Positions 53,060 through 64,000 of a stretch of 64,000 nucleotides of DNA are shown in pieces. The notes below the pieces were generated by a model. It made no database searches. It saw only the letters and a list, made by a program, of their open reading frames with translations, and had not been told where the DNA came from. The stretch's first letter is position 1. Every line of letters starts with the position of its first letter. The translations under genes and the position numbers were made by a program. The DNA comes from Vicugna vicugna (lineage: Eukaryota), in assembly GCA_013265495.1 (NCBI GenBank), contig MU058213.1, positions 6,526,066-6,590,065 of the forward strand, in the 5' to 3' direction.

Positions 53060-54330
53060 TTATTTTGACATGATTTCAAGTTTCGAGAAACTCTGAAAGT
53101 ACAATACAAAGAACTCCTTAAGCTCACCAATAAGTGTTCTTTAAATAAAGGGATCCAATCCAGAACTAGAGGTTGCTCTTAATTGTCAAGTCTTTTTAAT
53201 TTCCTTCGCTGTGGGACAATTCCTCAGTCTTAACTTGACTTTTATGACCTTGACACATTTGAAGATTACAGGTTAGTCCTTCTGTCAATGGTCCCTCTAT
53301 CTGGTTTAGTCTGATGTTTCCTCAGTGTTAGATTCAGCTGATGCATCTGAGAGGCAGGAAGATCACAAAAGGATGTGCTCTCTCAGCGCATTTTGTAAGA
53401 TGACACACTATTTGATTTGTCCACTATGGGTGATGTTAACTTTTGTCACTGGTAGGTGGTGTATGCTGGGTTTTTCCCTATAAAATTACTTGCTTTTCCT
53501 TTGTAATTAGTAAGTATTTTGTGTGGAGATACTCTGAAACTGACTGACTGACTATCTATCTATCCCATTCTTCAAACAACTCTAAAACAACTAAGTTTAT
53601 TATTACTATGATAGCTACCAAATGGTAGCTATTTCTAAATCCATTATTTCTTCTACATTTCTAAATTGATGTTTTATTATAGAGAAGAGCTTTTTCTTCA
53701 TTCATTTATATCAGTGTGGATCCATGGATTTCTATTGTTTTCTACTATTATTTATTTCTATTACTATCACTTATTATTCTGACCATTAAATTATCCTGTA
53801 TTTAGCCAGTGGGAGCCCCTGAAAGGTAGCTTCCATGTCCTACTGACATGTCCACATTGTTCTCTGAGCACTGCCTTACTTGCTGGAACAAGGTCTTCCA
53901 GGCATAGTGTGCACTTACCCTTTTCTACCCCTGGAATCAGCCATTTCTCCAAGAGGCCCTGGTTCTTTGTAATGGAGGTTCCTTCTTCTTCAGTCTAATG
54001 CTGCCTCAGCTGAGCTGTTTTGGCCACTGCTTAATGGAGATTCTTTCTAATGGAGAGCTCTTTCACGATGTACGAAGTGGCGTGCTCATGGCTACCGGCG
54101 TGTTGATGCTCCCAGATACACAGGGTGGACAGAGTCATGAAATATACATATATGTAATACGTGTATATTTACCTTCATATTTTGGTTTTATATTTTGCAC
54201 CCTGAAAACCATAAATTGACACTAATGCCTTCAATTCCAGTCCAATGCTGCAGGGTGAATTCTAACTTTCCCTCTTTTTCTATTTGTAACTCTCTTCTCT
54301 GATAGTGAGGAACCTGATTCTCTTGATCCA
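53060..54330 (-). mobile_element. Old L1 (L1MC-like) 3' fragments
   Basis: catttgaagattacagg; tttagccagtgggagcccc; cctggaatcagccatttctccaag. Confidence 0.65.
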
Positions 54331-56996
54331 TTGCTCAATCTGCCTCTAGGTAGCTAATCTCCCAATCTCTGCTGGGTCCTTTTTAGCCTGATTTAAAGAA
54401 AAAACTTAGTAATATATTCTCTTTCCAAGTCACTATTACCCACAAGATCATTTTTAAAGGCTGAATATTATTCCACTGAGTGTATACTTGGCCATTTAGG
54501 TTGCTTCCAAGTAACGAACATTCTTTTATTTGAATCTTTATATAATCCATTATTATTTACTATTCCTAAAAGTGAAATTACTGTGTGAAAGGCAAGTATA
54601 TTTTAAAAGCTCTCAATTCATAGTGCCACATTTTAAAGTTGAGTAAAACTGTGTGAATTTGGATCCCACTTATATGGAATTCATAATCACTCTTTCATGG
54701 ACTGGACTGAAACTGAACTTTGTAGGGGCTAAAAAAAGTCACAATTACATCATAAAATGAAAAATATGGAAGAAATGTTTACTTAAGGGAGCAAATTGTT
54801 TTCAAACCCCTTACAAGCACATTTGTCTATTTAGTGGCTGGTTCATGAGCGTCAGCTTTGTTCAAGCCACGTGCTGAGCGCTACAGGTGACGGTGAGGTT
54901 GCATTAGATGCCAACTCCTTTTTTTAAGAAGTGGCAAGGAAACCATTAAATCAGTGAATTAAAAATCCTTAATTTATTCATCAAAGGAAGGCCCTCTAGG
55001 ACCTCTATTTGGCAGGACTTCATTAAGGATTAATTTTCATTATTTAAAAAAAATTTTTAAAGGCATTTAAAAAAAAGTCTATAGTTGAGACTAATTCAGA
55101 ACAGCCTTTCCTTTAACTTTATATGCTGGAGTACATTTTTCTTGTTGGAACACCATAGAACACATTTTTATTAATAAAAAAGACTTGTGCTTACAGAATA
55201 ATTGTGAATCAAAAACGCTTAAAATTGATTTTTCAGATTCTGTGACAGTCTAATCATTTGGGTTTTCTTTCTCTTCTTCTTCTTTTTTTTAAGTTGAAGA
55301 GAACATGAACTTAGTATAAATACCTACTTTGCCCTACATGCAGCAATTGGCCTACTTCATGTGCACTATGCTAAAAATCCAGACAGCAGGCTCTGAACGG
55401 GAGACGCTGAGGGATGTATTCACTGGTTTTCCTGGATTGGGTGCCCGCCATCCCTGAGATACTGAGAGACGTGAGCAACACCCTGTCCTCAAGAAAGGAG
55501 GTGTTCACAACAAGGTGAACAAGTTAATAAAACAAAGACTTACTCTCCCTAAATTAAGAAAATGAGAAATTAGTTTATTTTTTTCACCCCCAAGCAAACT
55601 CTGAGTCATAATGTCGGAGGAATCCAGTCTGATAAACGAAGCAGTCGACGAGGGAGATGCGGCAAGTCGCAGCTCCTACAGCAGATCTAACGAGGGCTGA
55701 AGGGTGGGGAAGGGTTGGGCTCTTCAAGCAGGCCACCACCATCAGCGACTAGCATCCTTCCAGCACGCTTCCCTCCTCCCCTCTCACACTTCCTTAGAGT
55801 TTCTAATGAAGATGAGCTCTGAGGGGCTCTTGGAGGCACATGACTCAGATCCATGAGTCTCGCTGAGTCTTGGCCTGGAGATAAGATTCATCCTTTGGAA
55901 AAAAGCCTCATTTCTCCAGTGAAGAGCACAGTGCCCCATTTCTGCTGGGCTTCATGCCTCATTCCCAAGAAAAATCTCTCGCAGACAAGTTGTCTTTGAG
56001 GGATCCACAAACGGGCTGTTTTTCACAGGTTCTAGTACTGGAGACACCCTCTCACTGACCTTAGGGAAATTTTCATAAGACTTACTCTATTTCTTTGAAT
56101 GATTGAAAGCAGGTTTCTGGATTTTCAGGACCTAGGGGGATGGTGGCAAACTCGTTTTAATTTGAGCACCTGTATAACACTGGGCTGAAATTCTGAGCTT
56201 CATTTGGGCTCCATGGGAAAGGGTTCTGTGGCTGATCATGGATATTTGATGGACTTGGGAGAGGATGGCAAACTTTGTGCCATGTATTTTCCACCCATGA
56301 CTTAGTGACCCCTTAATGCTGCTTCCAGCCCTTTTTTGGACTAAAGATAGGGCATAAATAACTGAATGCAACAGTCAGTGGTTCTTTAATTCTTTATCTG
56401 ATTCCTGCGTCACTTGGACCACCGCAGGGTAGAGCTACAGTATGTTCCGTTCCCTGGAGAGCTTCTCAACCAAAGTCGGTCTTTCAAGTTCCATCTTCGG
56501 CAATTGTTCCCGAGGTCTCTTTTTCTGCAGGTGGACTTCATACCACTGGGGCTGGGGGAGTGGGGAGGAGAGGGTATCTACTCGCATATGCTCCACACCA
56601 GACGTTCACAGAGGAAAAATGTCCCATCACTGTCAATGGGATGAATATTCTATCAAAGTGGCTCTTTCATTCTCCAGGATTGAGATTAACTTTACCTGCT
56701 GAACGTGGTAAAATTTATTTCGGGGGCCTATGACCATCATTTATCAGCATTCGACCCCTATCTATATAAAACAATAAGCATGATCTTAAGGCACTCTTAG
56801 GGGCTGTCTAAGAGATGTATATTTGCTGACATACAACCTGACTGAAGCCAAACACCATTACCCCTGTGACTGATTGGAGGGTGGCCGGAACTGAACAGTT
56901 TTATTTTCCTCCAGCAGCTGAGCTCCCTGACCAGACGAGCTGAGCTGACACGGCATTTCAAGTCCTGTTACCAGCTCAATGGTTCTCTTGTTCAAG

Positions 56997-57030
<34 letters not shown>
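56997..57030 (+). repeat. Poly(A) tract, 34 nt
   Basis: Uninterrupted run of A. Confidence 0.95.
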
Positions 57031-57031
<1 letters not shown>

Positions 57032-57802
57032 CACCTCTTCATTTGGCCTCTCCATCTTGATCATTGCTGATGGGCTATCAATAATTTCAAGCTGGTTGAG
57101 CAGCTGGCTGAAGGTTAAATAAATTCTGCCGGCTGTTTGCATGATTGTCCCCGAGCGGAAGGATTCCAATTTGAAGCCGTTTTCTTGCAAGTGCTCCTTG
57201 GAAATGTTTCCAGAGCCCAAAAAGTTAAGAAATTCCATTTTGATGGCCCAAGGGCGCTTGAAGTGGAAACACAGTCGGGACCAAGAGAAGGAAGCCGTGA
57301 ACAAAAAGGGTTTTTGTCCCTCTATTTCAGATTTTCCTCAGAGTAATTTAGAACCCAAAGAATGCATGGAATTAATTATTAGCAGGGACAATTCTCAGTC
57401 CTCCAAAGAGCTATTGCAGGTGTTGGTATTTGCTTTTTAGTAAAGGAACTAAATTATACTTTCAGAAATTCAGCCAGTAGCAATAAATGGAGGAAGGAGT
57501 GTCCTAAGCTGTAGTCATACCATATGAAGCTAAATGGTAAACTTTTAAAATAATTTATTCACATTCGGGACATGATTTTTTTTTTAAAGCAAAACTTGGT
57601 TCTGTTGCCTCCCCGCCTATAGTACAAAGATAATATACATTGATTCCAGAACATGACAAAGTACAGTTAAACAAAAAGAAAATAAAAATCACCATTGGAG
57701 TTAACTCTTCTTTGATTGTACACCTTTCTAAAGTTTTCTGTATATACTTAAAACTTCTTCTGACTAAAATATGATTTAACTGACTGTAAAATGTTGCAGC
57801 TC

Positions 57803-57822
57803 ATATATATATATATATATAT
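57803..57822. repeat. (AT)10 microsatellite
   Basis: atatatatatatatatatat. Confidence 0.95.
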
Positions 57823-58584
57823 GGTCAAAAAAAGCATGCAGATGTTAAGGATATGTTTTTAGTGTCTGAAAATTATTTAAACTGTTTTTCTTGTGAGAGT
57901 TGAGGCTGTCAGCACCTCACAATAGGTTCCCCGAAAAGGTCTCAACTTCTAGGGTCATTTCCACGTTAACACATTTCTTGATCTGTAATTTTCTAATCTC
58001 TCACAATAAAAGGGCATCTGGTTTGCCTGGATTATAGCAGATTGATTTTAGATAGCCTTATGTAAATTTCCAAAGAATTTAAAAATTTACAGTATTTGGG
58101 GCATTGCTTTACGACTAATAAAACCTTTAACTTTCTTTTCAGTAGGTCAGAAAGCACTCTGATGGACGGCCCCTGTGACCCTCACACCCTGGGAGGTCTC
58201 CAGGATGGAGGCACCCCTGTTTTACACTTCAGGGGGCTTCATCCTCCCCGCTAACTCCCACCGCTTGTCACCTACAAGGCGTTTCTATATTAGTGTGAAC
58301 GACACCACTTCTCATCTTTGGAAATCCTGGCATGGTATCAACAACTGTGATAAAACTTGGTCCTTCCAATACCTTCCCCAGCTCCACTTAGGCATTTATG
58401 ATTCTTTTACTTTTGTAGTCATTGCCATCATGAAGTTGAAGGATGAGTTGTCTAGAGACAGTGAAGATGCACAGGGTGTTATCTTGGTTCCTATGGCTCT
58501 GTTCTGACTTGTGATTAACTTACTACGTTATGCTGAGTGATAGGGAAGTGGGAAAGTGGAAATGGACATGAATCTTAGTGATTT

Positions 58585-58748
58585 AGAATGTTGCTACTCA
58601 AAATGTGCTCTGCAGGCCAACAGTACTGGCCTGTAAGAAATGCAACAATCTCAGGAATTACCTAGACCTACTGACTCAGACTCTACATTTTAGCAGGAGT
58701 CCTTGGTGATTTGCATATACATTAAAGTTTGAGAGCCGTGTGTCTAGA
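58585..58748. mobile_element. MER5A-like hAT-Charlie DNA transposon relic
   Basis: gctactcaaaatgtg...agaaatgca...gacctactgactcaga...cattaaagtttgaga. Confidence 0.7.
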
Positions 58749-59074
58749 AGAATGGATTTTGTAGGTGGAGTTAAAACGAAGCTCAGTCATTTGTAACTGA
58801 GCATTTTGAGTGATGTAACACTTAAATCTGACATGAAGACACTGAAGTTATTTTGATTTCTTTTAAAGCAATCACCTCAAAGTGTGACACTGGCTTTTAA
58901 AATGCAACATGTAGCTGTGGTCTGTTCCTTAGTCTGCGCACTGGTGCTGATCTCCTGTGAGCTGGTTCAGGTTGGTACCCAAATGGGCTGAGAAAGATGA
59001 ATCAGATGACTTATCAAAGTCTCTTTGAGCTTAATAGTGATGACTAGAAAAGCAATAACAAAAGACTTCTTGGA

Positions 59075-59310
59075 ACTACTCTGTTCCAGGCACTGTTCTT
59101 CGTCTTTTACTTGAGGTAACTCACTTCATCCTCATAACAATCCATTATGATGGGTACCAGTATACTGTCCCCATATACAGATGATGAAACTGAGGCTTGT
59201 AACGGTTGAGTAATTTACCCAGAATTATTCAGAGGGTTAAGTAGCAGAGCTGGGATCTGAATCCAGGCTAACCAGCTCCAAAGTACCTTCTCTTAATCAC
59301 TCTGCCTATG
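59075..59310 (-). mobile_element. MIR SINE
   Basis: ccccatatacagatgatgaaactgaggct core; gcagagctgggatctgaatccagg. Confidence 0.8.
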
Positions 59311-59513
59311 GCTATATAAAAACAACACTTGCACCTTTTATGTGAATTTGAAATATACTAACTTGAAATCACTGTAATGTCAAAATAGAAGTTGAATCTC
59401 TCGTCATGTACAAAATTTAAAACAATGCACATAATCTCAAATGAAACAAAAATTGTCAAGTATCTGGTTTTGAATTGGCTTGGTTGAATGACTTGGAAAC
59501 TGTGTTTATGCTG

Positions 59514-59532
59514 TTGCCACAGGGTGGCGCCA
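59514..59532 (+). promoter_or_regulatory. Candidate CTCF site
   Basis: TTGCCACAGGGTGGCGCCA is a close match to the CTCF core. Confidence 0.65.
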
Positions 59533-60984
59533 CTCCAACTGGGAACCCAGCGCCAGCTCTGCTACCTTATCACTACGAGAAAATCAGCCTTAAATTAAGC
59601 TACGCCTTTGGGAGTAACCCTCAAATGCAATGTCATCCCCACAAATTCAACCGACTTACTGTAGGCCTGGTTCACACTGTCTGGGTGAATCTCAGATGAA
59701 AAATTTCAGCTCTGTATAATATTTTCACTGTCATTTTGAGTTGTCACATTAACGTCAAAGTTTACCTTTCAAAAAAGACAGGGTATTTGGGAAGAAAGGG
59801 CTGGAAAATATGGCAATTCAATTCAGCAGTAACTCAGCACTTTTTGCTTCTACTAACATATCCTAACCAGATTTTGCCTGGGCAATAGGCATATAAAGAA
59901 CCAGGCACGTGTGGTGTCCCCTTTTGGGGGAAGGAGGCACATTGTTTTAAATTAAGACAGTAGACCAGCTAATTACTTTCTGTTGTTGTTCTGAAATTCA
60001 CATTGTTGATTTTATTAATATCCTCTCTCACTATAACATGTTCTATATGCATTTTATGAAAAGTTAAAGAGTTCAAACTTAATTTGGCTTAATGTAATTT
60101 TGTTTCATATAAATATACATTTATATTTAACACATTATTTAGGATAATGGAAAATACTGTGGAGGCTTGGATATTACTAATACAGGCAACCAGCACACCC
60201 CTAGTGAACGTTTTTCTGCTCAGAAAGTTACTATGAAGCCAACAGTCCTATTTCCTAGAGCATGAGATTAACCAGAGTCCCGTCCAAACTAGAATTTCAT
60301 CAAGAAATAAAATCTCGTCTTTCTATTGCTAAGGTGATTATATGAGCATGGGAGTTATAATTTACTGAACTAATCATCATTTTACTCTAAGTTCAAGGCA
60401 CAAGTTGAGTTCCCCATAAGAAAACAAGTTATCTCGTATCATTTTAAAACTGTCAGTTTATTCACGGGCCAGTCATTAATATATGTACCAATATACTAGA
60501 AATATAGACCTAATAAAACTGGAGGTTATAGTGAGCCATTAATTAAGACTGGCGGCTTTGGCAAACTGTCTCAATCAATTTTACAGACTCATGTCAAAAG
60601 TGTTCTATCGTAGTTGGAAGGGTTTCTTTCAAAAGACAGCTCACAAAATTAAAAAAAATTTATTGACCAAAAACTACATATAAAAGTATAGATATTTAAA
60701 TGTCTTCACTGAGGGCCCACACTCTGCCTGGTTGGCACCATTCCACACACTGGAAATGGAAAGTAAATACAGACTAAAGAGAAAAAATGAAAAGTGGGTG
60801 CTACCGGCTCTCCTCCCCGACCTCCAGCAGGCGCATCAAGGGGGATGGATGATGGAATGATACTAAAAAGACAGCCCACTTATTGAGAGATGAGAGAGCA
60901 GCGGGAGGTTCGGTATGCACTCAGTCAACTGAGCACTGACCATGAGCTGCATTTGGGGCCCAGTGTCCAACACAAGGAACTTGG

Positions 60985-61200
60985 CAGAATGGTTTTAGCA
61001 TAAACACTGGAACCAGACTGCTTGGGGTTTTATCCTGCCTCTCTACTTATCTGCTGTGTGACCTAGGACAGGTTACTTCACCTCTCTGGGCCTCAGTTCC
61101 CTCATCTATAAGATAAGACTATTAGTACCTACTTCAGAGAGTTATGACGATTAAATGAGTTGATGTGTATAAAAACACTTAGAACAGTATGTGGTACAAT
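60985..61200 (+). mobile_element. MIR SINE
   Basis: gctgtgtgacctaggacaggttacttcacctctctgggcctcagttccctcatctataa. Confidence 0.8.
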
Positions 61201-64000
61201 CTATTTATATTTGAAGAAAAAAAAGTTTTATCTCAGTCTTCTCCAGATCCCTTAAAGCCTGCAATGAGTCCACCTCCTGACTCTCCGTGTGTGAACTTTT
61301 AAAGCTACAAGTGAGCTTTACTCAACCTCACTGCCTACTGGACTGCATTCAGATTCCTTGGCAAAATACCTTACACAACCCTTCTCTCTACTCCTCCAGT
61401 TCCTAAACCTGATCTCCAGTCAGCCCCTGTAATCCAGATACACCAAACCATTTCCTCTTCCCCAAATCTGCCAAATTCCATGCTTCCAAACTTTGCTTAT
61501 GTTAGTCCTCCTATGTGAGATACCCTTTCCTCTTTGTCTAGCTGGTGAGCTCTGTAAGGCCTAGCTTAAGAGTTTCTTCCTGTAAAAAGCTATCCCTGAC
61601 CACTCCTCTTTGTCTGTTCCCCCTCCCCTAACCTCATCCCACAACGTGAATTATTCACTGTCACACTCATCCTCCCCCTGAAACTCTTAAATGTCATGAC
61701 ATTAGCTGTTGCTCTAGTGTCTGCATTTCTAGAGGTCACCTGTTTCCCTAAACACCTGGTAAATAAATATTTGTGGTATGAAGGCTGTTGATAATGCCTT
61801 ACTATATGGTACTGCCCATCAAGGCAGCCCTACCTTCCATCTTTAACTATTCCCATCTTGGGTTCTGATCTTGCTGAAAATCCTCGGTTTCCTCATTCAG
61901 TCTCTATCTGGGACCACCTGAATTTGCCCAAGCACCCACCTTTGGGCCCAGCCCACACAGCGACTGCTTGGTACTCAGGGAGGTTGCTGAGCTTGTGCTG
62001 GGTTCCAGCCCTGCCCCTCCTGGCCCGGGCACCCATGTCACTCCTGCGCACTGTGACTTCATGCTCCGGCAACCACTTCTCATTTGGAGAAGACTGTCTG
62101 CCCATGACAGGCCACTCCCCTGGAAGCAAAACAGGACTAAGCACAAATTGCTGTATTTTAGATTTAAATATTATATTCAAGAAATATTTTTAAATGCAGA
62201 ACCTGACAGCAGTCCCAGACACGTATATTACTCACTACCTATAATTCCTTCTCTTTGTCTTAGGCGAATGCTGTAGAAATTCTTCCTTTTGCACAGCTCT
62301 GTGTTAAAAGAGTCATAACGAGATTTCCTTTCAAACTGCTAGCCGGCCACTACCATTACATTGTGTGGCAGTGTGTTCCGGCATCAGTATCAACATTTTT
62401 TCATGTTTTATAGGTTTTTCCAGGGAGAAATTGCTAATCACCATTTTCTTGCTGTGCATAGAATTCAAGTCCTTAAGACAGATCTCTTTTCCATGCCATA
62501 TTCTTACTTCTCTGGCTCTCACAAAACATGATACCGGCATAGTAAGGTGCCATAAGAATGCAAACCACACCCAGGAGGATAGGGCATTTTTTTTCTTCTG
62601 AATCTCTCTACCAGGTTGAATCTAATCAACTGTTTCCAATCAGCAGAGACCCTGAGGAGCACCCCCCCAAACTACTAGAAGATCATTTTTCTTAGACATG
62701 TTTCATAGTATTTGATTGTATGATTTCGCCCTAATTCATTTAGCTGATGAGTTTTTGTTATTTTGCAGAAAAGGAAGAGAAACAACAAACTGCTCACTGC
62801 TAGAATAATTATGATAAAAAGAACATTATCCAAAATTATAGGTTTCTTAATGACAGTAAAATTATATTCATATATTTATTTGCAACTTAATCTAGTGTTG
62901 GGCTCATTTCCAGGCACACAAGGACTTGGGAAAACTCCAGGATTTCACCCCGTACTCTAGAATCCGTGCGGGTGATTCGAGCACTTTCCAGTGACCCATG
63001 TTCAAGTGAGCGTCTTACACCTGGACCAGCGCTGTTGATGGATCGCTGGTTCCACGACTGGATGTTTCACTTCCCTTGTTCTGTTAAAAGGGAGGCAAGC
63101 ATGCTGTTTGATAACATGACATAATTAGATTGTTATACCAGATAACAGCCACATCTACACTTGAGTTTGGCCTGGAATATAAAACAGCACATATTGTGGA
63201 ACAGAGGAAGGCTCAAGATCGTTAATTGTAAACTCTTCCTTTTGTAAGTGAGAAAACAGAGCTCAGGGAGCTGACTTCTACAACATTGCTCTTTCCACTA
63301 TTAGGTGTTTTTGTGACGTTCTAAAAATAGCCACTTCTCCTTGTGAATAAATTCTTCACCTGGAGCACCAGTCCATGCCAGGGGCACAGGAGAGGTGTTT
63401 GGCTGAAGCAGGGTGGAGGGTGGCCGTGCCTCCTTGGCTTTCTTTTATCCCCAGATGTGGTCCCCTGAGTTCAAGGCCACCAGCATGGGTATCCTGATAG
63501 TTGCCTGCGTCTTGAGCCCTCAGTTGGGTTCATTCCACGTGCCTCCTTGCTCTCCTTGCCTCCCCTTTGCTATGTGAAGAAGAGATTTCTGTCTGAAAGG
63601 CATGTGATTGGAAGTCATTCTCTTCCTTGTCCATCAACCATCTCTAGCTAGGAGGGGAGGAATATTTGGGATTAAATGCCAAAAAGCCTTTGTTTCATGC
63701 AGACTTAGTCTTAAAGGTCAGAAAAAAGGCACTTTCCTTTGATATTGTTCCAACTTCAGAGCAGGGTTCTGGTTATGAATATTATGTTATTAATGGTCAA
63801 ATACATTTAACAAAATATTCATTTTTGCTATTCGGTGGCACTTTGCCACAGGAGTGGTCACAAAAAATTTACTGTAATTTTGGGGACATTTTTATTCCAA
63901 CATTTTATGAAAGGTGAACTATTTTATTACCTAATCCAGTGGCATAAATAAGAATTATTAAAACCCATCTAGAGTATTACTTTATTGATGTTTCTCACCC

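Overview
Mammalian genomic DNA, most likely a camelid (tRNA-derived Vic-1-like SINEs and a characteristic L1 3' tail). The left half holds the complete BNIP2 gene on the minus strand: a CpG-island first exon near 27 kb, nine coding exons that join into a 945-nt / 314-aa ORF, an in-frame 36-nt cassette microexon and a probably long 3' UTR. Immediately downstream is the CpG-island promoter and non-coding first exon of a second minus-strand gene, inferred from synteny to be GTF2A2, whose first intron (1-4.7 kb) is packed with L1 fragments. The right half (28-64 kb) has no recognisable gene and is probably the start of the BNIP2-FOXB1 gene desert. It carries solo LTRs, L1/L2/MIR/MER5/MLT relics, a 171-N gap, three co-oriented CTCF-like motifs and enhancer-like unique DNA. 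Best leads: a TSD-flanked ~345-bp 'mini-L1' made only of L1 5' and 3' ends; an open in-frame N-terminal extension plus a spliced poly-Ala uORF in the BNIP2 leader; a sense solo LTR lacking its polyA signal just upstream of BNIP2; and a possible spliced divergent transcript antisense to the BNIP2 3' UTR. No clearly novel multi-gene system is evident. Repeat family names and boundaries are by eye and approximate.
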